Under the pieces are notes generated by a model, which made no database searches, was not told the origin of the DNA, and saw only the letters and a list, made by a program, of their open reading frames with translations. Below, piece by piece: positions 54,323-64,000 of a stretch of DNA of 64,000 bases. Within the stretch, counting starts at the first letter, position 1. Every line of letters begins with the position of its first letter. Source of the DNA: Armatimonadota bacterium (GTDB lineage: Bacteria; Armatimonadota; SYMT01); the NCBI GenBank assembly GCA_046292385.1, contig JBKBRF010000007.1, positions 48,728 through 112,727 of the forward strand, read 5' to 3'. Made by a program: the position numbers and the translations under genes.

Positions 54323-56131
54323 GTGACCCGTCCCTCGCGCCCCGCCCGCCCCTCCCCGCCGCTGCTCCTCGAGGCGGCGGAGGCGGCGCTCGCCTACCTG
54401 GACGATTGCCTGGACGCGGAGACGCTCTCCCGGGAGGGGCGGCTGGCCGTCCTCTTCGAGCTGCTGACCGGACAGGCCCCGCGCACTGCCGCCCTGCCGG
54501 ACCGGGTCGTGCGGGAGCTGGAGCGGCGCCTCCGGAGCGAGCTGCCCGCGGGAGCCCCCTCCGCCGAGGAGCTGGGCGCCCTCTATCAAAGGCTGCTCCA
54601 CGATCCGAGTGGGAGCAGCAGCGGCCACCGCAAGCGCAGCGGTATCTACTACACCGGCGGCGCGCTCGTCGGTCTGCTGGTGCGGGAGGCGCTGGCGCCC
54701 GCCCTGCAGGACCGCCTGCGCGGCCTCCAGGGCCGCGCAGAGCGAGAGCGCGCGCTCCTTTCCCTACGGGTGTGCGACCCGGCCTGCGGCACGGGGCAGA
54801 TCCTGCTCGGGGCGGCGCGCTACCTGGCAGGCGAGCTGGCGCGCCTGCGGGAAGGGCCGGACCCCTCGGAAGCCGTCCGGCGTGACGCGCTGCGGCAGGT
54901 GGTGACCACCTGCCTCTACGGCCTCGATCTCGACCCTCTCGCCGTCTCGCTCTGCCGCACCCTCCTCTGGCGGGAAGCGGCGGATGGGCCAGCTCCGCCG
55001 CAGCTCTCCGCGCACCTCCGGGCCGGCAGCGCCCTGGCCGGCTCCCTGTTCGACCAGGCGGACGAGGCGCCGGCGAGCCTCGCCCCGTTCCACTGGCCGG
55101 AGGCGTTCCCCGAGATTGCCGAGCGGGGCGGGTTCGACGTGGCGCTCGGCAACCCGCCGTTCGTCAACGCGATCGAGGGCGGCATCGCGCCGGAGGTCCG
55201 CGAGCACGCGCGCCGGCGGCATCCGCGCGTGCGGGGCGCGGCGGATCTCGCCTGCTACTTCCTCGATCTCGGCGTGCGGCTGCTGCGGCCCGGCGGCCGC
55301 CTGGGAATGGTGCTTCCCCGGGCCCTGCTGCGCGCGCCTGCCGCGGGGCGGATCCGCGCCGCGCTCCCGCCGGAGCTGCAGCCGACGCTGCTCTACGCCC
55401 CCGGCCGCGCCACCTTCTTTCCCGGCGCCGCCGTCTACGTCTGCGTGCTGGCGCTCGGCCCGGGCGGCGTCTGCCGCGTCAGCCGCGATCCGGATCCGGA
55501 GCAGGCGACGTGGCGTGAGGGCGCGATCGAGTCGCCGCACTGGTGGTCCGAGCTGGACCGCCTGACCCGATCCGCCGCTGACCCAACTTCCCCGGCGGGA
55601 GCGGCGTGCCTGGAGGAGCGGTTCGAAGTCGCCGCCGGAATGACCGCCGGAGAGGCATACCGGGTGCGGGAGGCGGTGCGGGACCAGCCGGACGGCGACG
55701 ACTTGAAGCTCGTCACGACCGGGCTGATCGACCCGGGCGTCTGCCGCTGGGGCGAGGCGAAGTGCCGCTACCTGAAGCGGGACTACCGGTTTCCGCGCGT
55801 CGTAGACGAGGCCTCCCTCCCGGAGACGGTGCGCCGCCGGCTGCTGCGCGCGCGCCGTCCCAAGCTCCTGGTAGCGGGGCTCTCCGCGCGGATCGAAGCG
55901 TTCCTGGACGAGCAGGGCGAGTACGCCGGCGCCGTCTCCACCTGGGCGGTCTTCCACCCGCGGGACGACCTCGCGGCGCTCGACGCGCTCCTCCGGCTGC
56001 TGCTCTCGCCCGCGGCGACCGAGCGCTTCCGGAGGGAGCTGGGGGCCAACGCGCTGGGCGGCGGCAACATCACGATGACCGGGGAGTTCCTCCGCCGCTT
56101 CCCGCTGCCGGACGACTTCCCCGCCGATTAG
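54323..56131 (+). CDS. Orphan N6-adenine DNA methyltransferase (gamma class, TaqI/Eco57I-like)
   Basis: RKRSGIYYT, VCDPACGTG, LYGLDLD, FHWPEAFPE..GGFDVALGNPPF and ADLACYF motifs. Confidence 0.88.
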   Translation: MTRPSRPARPSPPLLLEAAEAALAYLDDCLDAETLSREGRLAVLFELLTGQAPRTAALPDRVVRELERRLRSELPAGAPSAEELGALYQRLLHDPSGSSSGHRKRSGIYYTGGALVGLLVREALAPALQDRLRGLQGRAERERALLSLRVCDPACGTGQILLGAARYLAGELARLREGPDPSEAVRRDALRQVVTTCLYGLDLDPLAVSLCRTLLWREAADGPAPPQLSAHLRAGSALAGSLFDQADEAPASLAPFHWPEAFPEIAERGGFDVALGNPPFVNAIEGGIAPEVREHARRRHPRVRGAADLACYFLDLGVRLLRPGGRLGMVLPRALLRAPAAGRIRAALPPELQPTLLYAPGRATFFPGAAVYVCVLALGPGGVCRVSRDPDPEQATWREGAIESPHWWSELDRLTRSAADPTSPAGAACLEERFEVAAGMTAGEAYRVREAVRDQPDGDDLKLVTTGLIDPGVCRWGEAKCRYLKRDYRFPRVVDEASLPETVRRRLLRARRPKLLVAGLSARIEAFLDEQGEYAGAVSTWAVFHPRDDLAALDALLRLLLSPAATERFRRELGANALGGGNITMTGEFLRRFPLPDDFPAD

Positions 56132-56198
56132 CCGCGTAGCGCCCCGCACCACGTGGGAAGATCGATTCCGTCCTCGTGTCCTGTTCCGGGAGAAGACC

Positions 56199-57230
56199 AT
56201 GCCGCAGAGCACTACCACCAACCGCCGCTTCGTCCTGGCAGAGCGCCCGCGGGGGCTCCCGACGCCGGCCAACTTCCGCCTGGAGGAGCAGCCGGTGCCG
56301 CGCCCGGAGGAGGGCCAGCTTCTGCTGCGGACCCTCTACCTCTCGCTCGACCCGTACATGCGCGGCCGGATGAGCGACGCGCCGTCGTACGCCCCCGCGA
56401 TGGAGCTGGGCGACGTGATGGTCGGCGCGACGGTCAGCCGGGTGGAGGAGTCGCGGCACCCGGACTTCCGGGAGGGGGAGCGGGTGGTCGCCTACTCCGG
56501 CTGGCAGGACTACGCCCTCTCGGACGGGGAGGGGCTGCTGAAGCTCGATCCCGGGCTCCCGCGGCCTTCCTACGCGCTGGGCGTGCTGGGGATGCCGGGT
56601 CTCACCGCCTACGGAGGGCTGCTCGACATCGGCGCGCCGCAGCCGGGCGAGACGCTGGTGGTCGGCGCGGCGACGGGCGCGGTCGGCTCCGTGGTCGGCC
56701 AGCTCGGCAAGCTGAAAGGCTGCCGGGTGGTCGGGATCGCCGGCGGCGAGGAGAAGTGCCGCTACGCCGTGGAGGAGCTGGGCTTCGACGCCTGCCTCGA
56801 TCACTACCAGCCGGACCTATCCGCCCGCGTGGCGGAGGCGTGTCCGGAGGGGGTCGACATCTACTGGGAGAACGTCGGCGGCGCCCTCTTCGACGCGGTG
56901 CTGCCTCACCTGAACCCGAAGGCGCGGATCCCGGTCTGCGGCCTGATCGCGCACTACAACGACACCGGGCTCCCTCCCGGTCCGGACCGCATCCCCCTCT
57001 TCCTGGGAACGATCCTGCGCAAGCGCCTGCGCGTGCAGGGCTTTATCGTCTTCAGCGAGTACGGCCACCTCTTCCCGGAGTTCCAGCGGGAGATGTCCGC
57101 GTGGGTGCAGGAGGGGAAGGTCCGCTACCGCGAGGACGTGGTCGAAGGCCTGGAGAGCGCGCCGGAAGCGTTCATCGGTCTGCTCCAGGGGCGGAACTTC
57201 GGCAAGCTGGTGGTGCGGGTGGGCGAGTGA
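56199..57230 (+). CDS. NADP-dependent oxidoreductase (CurA/YncB, prostaglandin-reductase-like)
   Basis: YLSLDPYMRGRM, LGVLGMPGLTAY, AATGAVGSVVGQ and GRNFGKLVV motifs. Confidence 0.93.
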   Translation: MPQSTTTNRRFVLAERPRGLPTPANFRLEEQPVPRPEEGQLLLRTLYLSLDPYMRGRMSDAPSYAPAMELGDVMVGATVSRVEESRHPDFREGERVVAYSGWQDYALSDGEGLLKLDPGLPRPSYALGVLGMPGLTAYGGLLDIGAPQPGETLVVGAATGAVGSVVGQLGKLKGCRVVGIAGGEEKCRYAVEELGFDACLDHYQPDLSARVAEACPEGVDIYWENVGGALFDAVLPHLNPKARIPVCGLIAHYNDTGLPPGPDRIPLFLGTILRKRLRVQGFIVFSEYGHLFPEFQREMSAWVQEGKVRYREDVVEGLESAPEAFIGLLQGRNFGKLVVRVGE

Positions 57231-57503
57231 TCCGGCCGCGGGAGCAGGCCGATCCCGCCGGCTCGCCTCCCCACGCCGCTCTCGTCGACGCGGTAGAGCT
57301 GCTCGACCGCCTCTCGGCTCCACCCTCGTGCTCGCCGGTGGCAAATCCCGGAGCTTGCCCACCCGCGGAAACTATTCCAATTCCTTAGATTGCTCGCGGC
57401 TCGCCTTGGGGGCAGAGTGGTGGGTGCTTCTCTGCTCTGCCCGCCGTGGCACGCAGAGGGTGCCCTCTCGTAGTTGTGCCCTATCCCAAGGAACGAGGCG
57501 CAA

Positions 57504-59816
57504 ATGAGACACCGGGACCTGCTCACCACCCTTCCGGCGGCGCTGCTGCTGGCGTTCGCAGGCGCTCCTGCCCACGCGGCTGCGTTCACCGTCACCCAGC
57601 TCGGCGACAGCGGCGCCGGGTCCCTGCGACAGGCCGTCGCGGACGCCAACGCGGCGGCGGGGGCGGACATCATCAACTTTCAAGAAGGGCTCAGCGGGAC
57701 GATTATCCTGACCGCCGGCCCGCTGACGCTTACCGGATTCCTGGAGATCCAGGGTCCAGGCGCCGCCACTCTGGCGGTGAGCGGGAACAACGCTTCCCGC
57801 GTCTTCGCTGTCGACCCCGGAGCCACGGTGCTGATCCGCGATCTCGCGATGCGGGATGGAAAGTATGCCGGTCCCGAGTCCGGCGGCGGGGGCATCTACA
57901 ACCGGGGTGACCTGCGGTTACTCGACTGCGTTCTCTCGAACTGCACGGCCCCCGCGGGTGTCGGCGGCGGGATCTTCAACGAGGGTGCCCTGATGGTGCT
58001 CAGTACTACCCTGCGGGACAACACTGCCCCGATCGCGGGTGGGGGCCTCTTCAATCTCCAGGGCACGGTGGTGATGCGGAGCTCGCTCCTGGTCACCAAC
58101 CGGACCACGGACCCGGACCTCACTCGGGGCGGCGCTGGGATCGACGTCGAAGGCGGGACGCTTTTCGCGGACCGGTGCATCTTCGATCGCAACCGGGCGA
58201 GCCGGTCCGGCGGGGCGCTGCTGATCGCTCCCACCAGCTCGGTAACCCTGACCGAATGCCACCTCATCTCGAACCAGGCGGTGCGGAGCGGCGGTGGCGT
58301 TCTGAACAGCGGCACTCTAGCTCTGAACGACTGCAGCATCGTGGACAATACTGCCGTCATTTCGGGGGGCGGTGTGGAGAACTTCGGTGGCCTGACGGTC
58401 TCCAGCAGCAGCTTCTCCGGCAATAGCGCCAGTGACGCTACTCTCAGCGAGGGGGGTGGTCTCTTCAACAGCGGCAATGCGGCGCTGAGCCACTGTTCGT
58501 TCGCGCAGAACCGGGCCCCGCGAGCCGGCGGCGGGATCTTCAACGACGGGATCCTGACGGTGACGAGGAGCGCGCTTTCCCAGAACAGCGCAGGAGTGGG
58601 GGCCGGCCTCGCCAACGTTGGAACCGTAACCGTTTTCCGCAGCTCCTTCGAGTCAAATAGCGCCGGCATCGCGGGAGGCGCCCTCGGCAGTGGTGGCGGA
58701 AACGTCTCGCTGACCGAGTGCCGGCTCTTCGCGAACTTCGGCGCCGAGCGGGGCGGCGGCGCGCACGTCGACGGCGGCATTCTGACCGCGACGGCCTGCA
58801 CGATCGTGGGGAACGGCACCGGCGGCCTGGGCGGCGGCCTCCTGAACCGGGGCGACACGACGGTCCGGCGATGTACGATCAACGGTAACATCGCGTCCGA
58901 GGGCGGCGGCATCCTGAACCAGCCGCTGGAGATCGTCGAAGGGCCCGGGCCTGGAGGCAGCCCCGGGACGATCCGGTTGGAGAACAGCACGCTTTCGAAT
59001 AACCGTGCCTTCCTTGGCGGCGGTCTCTCGAACCAGGCGGTGGCGCTGCTCGTCAACTGCACGTTCTACGACCATTCCGCCAGCGACGGAGAGGGCGGCG
59101 CCCTGCGGAACAGTGGGATCGTCCGCCTGGGGAATACCCTCCTCGCCCGCAGCGGAGTCGGCCGCAATTGCCTGAATCTGGGCCTGATCTCGTCCGAGGG
59201 ACACAACCTGGACAGCGACGGCACCTGCGGACTCTCCGGGTCTGGCGACCAGAGCGGCACCATCGGCATGCCGATCGATCCGCTGCTCGGCCCGCTCCAG
59301 AACAACGGCGGTCCGACACAAACGCATGCGCTCCTGACCGGCAGTCCCGCCATCGACGCCGGGGACGATGGCCAGGCGTCCGGAACGGTGGACCAGCGCG
59401 GCTTCTCCCGCTTCGCGGACGGGGATGGGGATCGGGTCGCGGTCGTAGATATCGGGGCCTTCGAGCTCGGCTTCTTCCCCCCCGAGCCTCTCGGCGATCC
59501 TGGCACGCGGCTCCTCGCCTACTCGACGATCCAGGATCCGACCACCTCTCTTCCGGAAGGGACCCAGGCGTTCAACCTGACCCTCCGCTACGCGGCGAAC
59601 GTGGTGCCCGGGACCCTCTCGGTGAAGCTGAATGGAGTAGACGTCACCGGGCTCTTCAACCCGGTTCCGAGCGGTGTCGAGACGGTGGCGCTGCCGCTGC
59701 GCCGCGGCCCGAACCTCTTGAGTCTCAAGGTGAAGGGAACCGTCGGGGGAAAGATGATCGAAGAAGTGGACACACTCCGCTTCATCGTGGGGGATCCCGC
59801 GTTCGGACCTAAATAG
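57504..59816 (+). CDS. Secreted right-handed beta-helix protein with a choice-of-anchor Q domain
   Basis: [10 protein letters not shown]; many N.A..GGG(I/L).N repeats; [36 protein letters not shown]. Confidence 0.9.
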   Translation: MRHRDLLTTLPAALLLAFAGAPAHAAAFTVTQLGDSGAGSLRQAVADANAAAGADIINFQEGLSGTIILTAGPLTLTGFLEIQGPGAATLAVSGNNASRVFAVDPGATVLIRDLAMRDGKYAGPESGGGGIYNRGDLRLLDCVLSNCTAPAGVGGGIFNEGALMVLSTTLRDNTAPIAGGGLFNLQGTVVMRSSLLVTNRTTDPDLTRGGAGIDVEGGTLFADRCIFDRNRASRSGGALLIAPTSSVTLTECHLISNQAVRSGGGVLNSGTLALNDCSIVDNTAVISGGGVENFGGLTVSSSSFSGNSASDATLSEGGGLFNSGNAALSHCSFAQNRAPRAGGGIFNDGILTVTRSALSQNSAGVGAGLANVGTVTVFRSSFESNSAGIAGGALGSGGGNVSLTECRLFANFGAERGGGAHVDGGILTATACTIVGNGTGGLGGGLLNRGDTTVRRCTINGNIASEGGGILNQPLEIVEGPGPGGSPGTIRLENSTLSNNRAFLGGGLSNQAVALLVNCTFYDHSASDGEGGALRNSGIVRLGNTLLARSGVGRNCLNLGLISSEGHNLDSDGTCGLSGSGDQSGTIGMPIDPLLGPLQNNGGPTQTHALLTGSPAIDAGDDGQASGTVDQRGFSRFADGDGDRVAVVDIGAFELGFFPPEPLGDPGTRLLAYSTIQDPTTSLPEGTQAFNLTLRYAANVVPGTLSVKLNGVDVTGLFNPVPSGVETVALPLRRGPNLLSLKVKGTVGGKMIEEVDTLRFIVGDPAFGPK

Positions 59817-59879
59817 CGCCGGAACAGCCGGGGCGGTGTTCGGCCAAAGGGGCGCGGGTGCGAAGGATTCGCGCCCGTG

Positions 59880-59920
59880 CCCCGAAAACCTGACCGCTGA
59901 AACCCCGACCCCTGAACCCC
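59880..59920. repeat. Heptamer-type tandem repeat (CCTGAAC/CCCGAAA-like)
   Basis: cccgaaaacctgaccgctgaaaccccgaccctgaacccc. Confidence 0.55.
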
Positions 59921-59921
59921 T

Positions 59922-60398
59922 ATGACAGAAACCTTCCACCCGATCCGCCTGCGCCTGGTCTGCGGCCCCCTGCCCGCGCGGGACTTCGACTGCTGGCGCG
60001 ACGTCCGGCTCGGCATCCAGATCGGCAAGGAGGTCTTTCCGGGGGAGGCGGGGCCGGACGGCGCCCTCACCTTCGAATGCGAGGCGTCGGTCTCGCCCCG
60101 CGGCCGCGAAGGGGCGCCGCTCTTCCGGGGGAAGGCGGTCCACGGCACGCCGGAGGCGCGCTTCCTCTATCTCTCCTGGTCCGCCCACGTGCGCCGGGGC
60201 GACGGCCGCTACGGCGGGCGAGAGATGTTCCGGCGGATCAAGATCCACCTCTCGCCCGTCACGCCGGAACAGGCGGAGGAGGCGCTCCGCACCGGCGGGC
60301 TGCTGGAGGCGCGTCTTTCCGGCGTCGGGAAAGACGGCACCCCCGCCTGCGCCTCCGTCCCGCTCCTCGACGGAGGCTGGGCGGTGCGCCCGGCTTAG
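59922..60398 (+). CDS. DUF5990-like hypothetical protein
   Basis: FRGKAVHGTPEARFLYLSW, FRRIKIHL and DGTPACASV motifs. Confidence 0.75.
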   Translation: MTETFHPIRLRLVCGPLPARDFDCWRDVRLGIQIGKEVFPGEAGPDGALTFECEASVSPRGREGAPLFRGKAVHGTPEARFLYLSWSAHVRRGDGRYGGREMFRRIKIHLSPVTPEQAEEALRTGGLLEARLSGVGKDGTPACASVPLLDGGWAVRPA

Positions 60399-60400
60399 CC

Positions 60401-61390
60401 TCACTCCACCTGGTGCAGGGTGCCCTGCCCGGTCTCGAACGCCGTGACGTTCTCCAGCGTGGTGGCGGCGATGTTCTGGAGCGCCTCCCGCGTGAAGAAC
60501 GCCTGGTGACCGGTGATTACCACGTTCGGGAAGGTGAGCAGGCGGGAGAAGACGTCGTCCTGGATCGGCTGCTGGGAGAGGTCCTCGAAGAAGAGGTCCG
60601 CCTCTTCCTCGTAAACATCGAGCCCCAGGTAGCCGATCTGGCCGGACTTGAGCGCCTCGATGACGGCGGGAGTATCGATCAGCGCCCCGCGGCTGGTGTT
60701 GATCAGCATCACGCCCCGCTTCATCCGGCGCAGCGCCTCCGCGTCGATCAGGTGGTGCGTCTCCGGCGTGAGGGGGCAGTGGAGGGTGACGAGGTCCGAC
60801 TCCTCCAGGAGGCGCTCCATGGAGACATACTCCACGCCCAGCTCCCGGCACTCGGCGCTCGGATAGAGATCGTACGCGAGCACCCGGCAGCCGAAGCCGG
60901 CGAAGAGCCGCGCCGCCACCGCCCCGATCTTACCGGTGCCGACCACCCCCACCGTCCGCCCGTGCAGGTCGAACCCGAGCAGGCCGTCGAGCGCGAAGTT
61001 CCCTTCCCGCACGCGGTTGTAGGCGCGGTGCAGCTTCCGGTTGAGGGTGAGCACCAGCCCGACCGTGTGCTCCGCGACGGAGTAGGGCGAATAGGCGGGC
61101 ACGCGGGCCACCGTAACTCCCAGCCGCCGCGCCGCGGCGAGGTCGACGTTGTTGAACCCCGCGCAGCGCAGGGCGATCAGCCGGGTGCCGCCGGCGGCGA
61201 GGACCTCCAGCACGCCGGCGTCGACGCAGTCATTCACGAAGACGCAGACGGCGGGGAAGCCCTGCGCAAGCGGGGCGGTTTCCCGGGTCAGCCGCGGCTC
61301 CAGAAAAGTGAGCTGGTGCCCGTGCGGAGCGTTGGCGGCGGAGAGGAACTCCCGGTCGTACGGCTTGGGACTGAAGACGGCGATTCTCAT
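60401..61390 (-). CDS. ldhA: D-lactate dehydrogenase-like 2-hydroxyacid dehydrogenase
   Basis: [36 protein letters not shown] and [10 protein letters not shown] motifs. Confidence 0.9.
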   Translation of the reverse strand: MRIAVFSPKPYDREFLSAANAPHGHQLTFLEPRLTRETAPLAQGFPAVCVFVNDCVDAGVLEVLAAGGTRLIALRCAGFNNVDLAAARRLGVTVARVPAYSPYSVAEHTVGLVLTLNRKLHRAYNRVREGNFALDGLLGFDLHGRTVGVVGTGKIGAVAARLFAGFGCRVLAYDLYPSAECRELGVEYVSMERLLEESDLVTLHCPLTPETHHLIDAEALRRMKRGVMLINTSRGALIDTPAVIEALKSGQIGYLGLDVYEEEADLFFEDLSQQPIQDDVFSRLLTFPNVVITGHQAFFTREALQNIAATTLENVTAFETGQGTLHQVE

Positions 61391-61398
61391 GGGTCGTT

Positions 61399-61590
61399 GC
61401 GTATTCCGTATCCTGTAGCGACGCGCCAGGACTGCTCGGCAGAAGATTACCGCCGGCGAGGCGCCGAGATCAGGCTACCCGGTTTTGGGATGGGGTGTCG
61501 GATTCGACCTGCCCGCCCGGCACGACGTTCCGAACAGCGGGATCAGCCCGTCGCTACGGGAAACGCGATACGCAATACCGAGATACGCGC
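61399..61590. repeat. Second copy of the CGTATT-tipped REPIN/MITE-like family
   Basis: 61513-61575 resembles 22993-23061 (CCGCCCGGCACGACGT..AGCGGGATCA.CCCG.CGC.ACG..ATACG); 61399-61423 is inverted relative to 61549-61573. Confidence 0.8.
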
Positions 61591-61592
61591 TA

Positions 61593-62519
61593 CTATCGAA
61601 AGCTCGCGTCCGGTGAGGAGAGGAACTCGAGCTCCCGGAAGAGGCGGAACTCCGCGTTGTTGCGCGACAGGAGCCCGTCAACCAGGCGCGGGTCGAGCCG
61701 GTCGTTCAGCAGGTCCGCCGTGAGCGTGCCGCGCGGGTTGGGACCGAGCCGCAGCAGGTTGAACAGGGCGGGGGTAGCGAGGATCACCCCCTTGGGCCCG
61801 TAGAGGCGCGCCCGGAAGCGCCGCCGCTCTTCCGGGGTGAGCGGCGCGTACGGCAGCGCGCGGACGTTGTTCCGCGAGCGCGACCCGGAGCGCAGCTCTT
61901 GCGCCACCCGGTCCCGCGCGAAAAGCGGGTAGGCCTCCGCGACCGGCATCTTGCTCCGCGCCGCGTCAGCTTTCCGCCAGCGCGCGAACGGCGGCCACGC
62001 TTCCACGCCGCGTGGGATCAGGTCCGGCCGCAGCTGGTGCGCCGCCGTCGCCTGGGCGTTGCAGGTGTCTACCGCCACCGTCACGTCCGCGTCGGAGAGC
62101 CCGCGCTCCAGCAGCGTGCGGACCAGCCACGGGTAGCTCGCCACCTCGCCGCGGGTCAGGTTGTCGGAGTAGGTCACCAGGCCGGTGCCGAAGCCGGAGT
62201 GGACGTGCAGCGAGAGCAGCACCGGGCGGCCTTCCTCCCGCACCCACCGGATCACCTCGGCGTGGTCGTCCAGCCAGACGGGGAAGTCACTCAGGATCCT
62301 GCCGGAGACGAGGCGCGCGTCCTTCCGCCCCCACTTCTCGTCCCGCTCGTTGGAGAGCAGGTCGGGACTGCGGAACGAGAGCACGTAGGCGTTCTGCCAG
62401 CGCTCGTGCACCTGCCGCCACCGGCCGAATGCTCCTTCGGCCGGCGCGACTGAAAGCACGGCAAAGAAGAGGCAGAAGCAAACGAGCAGGCGGATGACCA
62501 CACGGAAGGAGCTGCGCAC
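61593..62519 (-). CDS. Secreted hypothetical protein
   Basis: Signal peptide, AAGGA SD, host-like codons, LHVHSG motif. Confidence 0.75.
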   Translation of the reverse strand: MRSSFRVVIRLLVCFCLFFAVLSVAPAEGAFGRWRQVHERWQNAYVLSFRSPDLLSNERDEKWGRKDARLVSGRILSDFPVWLDDHAEVIRWVREEGRPVLLSLHVHSGFGTGLVTYSDNLTRGEVASYPWLVRTLLERGLSDADVTVAVDTCNAQATAAHQLRPDLIPRGVEAWPPFARWRKADAARSKMPVAEAYPLFARDRVAQELRSGSRSRNNVRALPYAPLTPEERRRFRARLYGPKGVILATPALFNLLRLGPNPRGTLTADLLNDRLDPRLVDGLLSRNNAEFRLFRELEFLSSPDASFR

Positions 62520-62651
62520 GGTTCCTTAACCCTCCAGCCCCTCTTACCCGCGGTGGCCGCCGCTCACGCGTAAAAGGGCGACAGCCTGGAGCGTGGAGCC
62601 GGAGCGGGGCCGACGAGCGCCCGCCGCGAGCTTCCGGTGCAGGTGCTGGAG

Positions 62652-64000
62652 CTAGGCGAGGATCTCCTGGATGACGTGGCCGTGGACGTTGGTCAGGCGG
62701 CGCTGGATGCCGTTGTGGTAGTAGGTGAGCCGCTCGTGGTTCACGCCGAGCAGGTGCAGCACCGTCGCGTGGAAATCGTGGACGCTGACCGGGTTTACGA
62801 CTGCCTTCCAGCCCACCTCGTCCGACCCGCCGTAGGAGACCCCGTGCTTCAGGCCCGCGCCGGCAAGCCACGCGGTGAACGAGTCGGCGTTGTGGTCGCG
62901 GCCGAGCCCGGCCTTGTCGCCGGCCGCTTCCGAGAACGGGGTGCGGCCGAACTCGGTGTTGAAGATCACCAGGGTGTCGTCCAGCATCCCGCGCTGGCGC
63001 AGGTCCTTCAGCAGCCCCGCCACCGGCCGGTCGATCATCCGGGCCTCGCGGCCGTGGTTATCCGGCACGCTGCCGTGCGCGTCCCAGTGCTGCTCCGCCC
63101 CGAAGGCGGCGCCGCTCCAGAGCTGCACGAAGCGGACGCCGCGCTCCAGCAGCCGCCGCGCGAGCAGGCAGCTCCGGCCGAAGTCGGCCGACTCCTTCGT
63201 CTCCATGCCGTAGAGCGCGCGGGTGGCGGCGCTCTCCTTCTCCAGGTCGGTTGCTTCCGGCACCGCGAGCTGCATCTTCGCCGCCAGCTCGTAGCTCTGG
63301 ATCCGCGCGGCGAGCGCATCTTCCCCGCCGCGCTCCTGCAGGTGGCGCCGGTTCATTCGCGCCAGCGCCGCGAAGCGTGCCGACTGCACCTTGGCGTCCG
63401 CGCCGGAGGCGGGCTGCAGGTCGCGGATGGCGGGGCCGCGCGTGTTCAGCACCACCCCCTGGTGCCGCGCCGGCAGGAAGCCGCTGGTCCAGTTGTTCGC
63501 GCCGCCGGTCGGCCAGGCGCGGCTGTCCGGCAGCACCACGAACGTCGGCAGGTTGTCCGCTTCGCTGCCGAGGCCGTAGGAGAGCCAGGCGCCGGCGCTG
63601 GGGAAGCCGAGGGTGCGGAAGCCGCTGTTCGACTCGTAGGTGGCCGGCGTGTGGTTGCCGGTGCTGGAGAACATCGAGCGGATGAGCGTCAGCTCGTCCG
63701 CCATCTCCGCCAGGTGGGGAAACAGGTCGGAGATCCAGAGGCCGCTCTTTCCCCGCTGCTTGAACTCGAAGTGCGGGCGGTGGAGGAGCCCCACCCGGCC
63801 CATGAACCCTTCCGGTTTCTCCGGGCCGGGGACCGACTTCTCGTGGAGCTTGTAAAGCTCCGGCTTGTGGTCGAAGGTGTCGACGTGGCTCAGCCCGCCC
63901 TGCAGGAAGATCTGGATCACCCGCTGCGCCTTCGCCGGTGGTCGAGGCGGCGGGTCCGCCGCCTCAACCACCAACGCCGCGGCGGCCTCCCGCCCCAGCC
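62652..64000 (-). CDS. DUF1501 domain-containing protein (5' end outside the window)
   Basis: GGLSHVDTFDHKP, SGLWISDLFP, LLARRLLERGVRFVQ, WDAH, EFGRTP and GRDHN motifs. Confidence 0.93.
   Translation of the reverse strand, partial: LGREAAAALVVEAADPPPRPPAKAQRVIQIFLQGGLSHVDTFDHKPELYKLHEKSVPGPEKPEGFMGRVGLLHRPHFEFKQRGKSGLWISDLFPHLAEMADELTLIRSMFSSTGNHTPATYESNSGFRTLGFPSAGAWLSYGLGSEADNLPTFVVLPDSRAWPTGGANNWTSGFLPARHQGVVLNTRGPAIRDLQPASGADAKVQSARFAALARMNRRHLQERGGEDALAARIQSYELAAKMQLAVPEATDLEKESAATRALYGMETKESADFGRSCLLARRLLERGVRFVQLWSGAAFGAEQHWDAHGSVPDNHGREARMIDRPVAGLLKDLRQRGMLDDTLVIFNTEFGRTPFSEAAGDKAGLGRDHNADSFTAWLAGAGLKHGVSYGGSDEVGWKAVVNPVSVHDFHATVLHLLGVNHERLTYYHNGIQRRLTNVHGHVIQEILA

Overview
A very GC-rich bacterial chromosomal segment, probably Armatimonadota. 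This is inferred from a DUF1559 pilin-like gene with an 'LFPVLAQAR...SNLKQ' signature, DUF1501, a choice-of-anchor-Q protein and a Terrabacteria-type nusA operon. It holds about 60 protein-coding genes: a core nusA-ylxR-infB-DUF503-rbfA-nrnA operon (no rimP), rsgA, many metabolic enzymes and secreted hypothetical proteins. No tRNA, rRNA, CRISPR array, integrase or transposase was recognised. Main leads: (1) a secreted Cys/His-rich upstream ORF ending in two RGPP ribosome-arrest-type motifs, with an anti-SD complementary to the RBS of a downstream secreted protein carrying 14 Cys-Cys doublets. This is a candidate metal-sensing arrest peptide controlling an exported metallothionein-like protein. 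(2) A lower-GC cassette (EcoRI-family adenine methyltransferase plus DUF262-HNH nuclease) inserted in frame into the 5' end of a sensor-kinase gene, without mobility genes. (3) A ~385-nt highly structured intergenic element, plus several REPIN/MITE-like palindromes and 6-9-nt tandem repeats. (4) Several gene stubs indicating frequent local insertion/deletion. All calls come from reading motifs by eye; no database searches were run.
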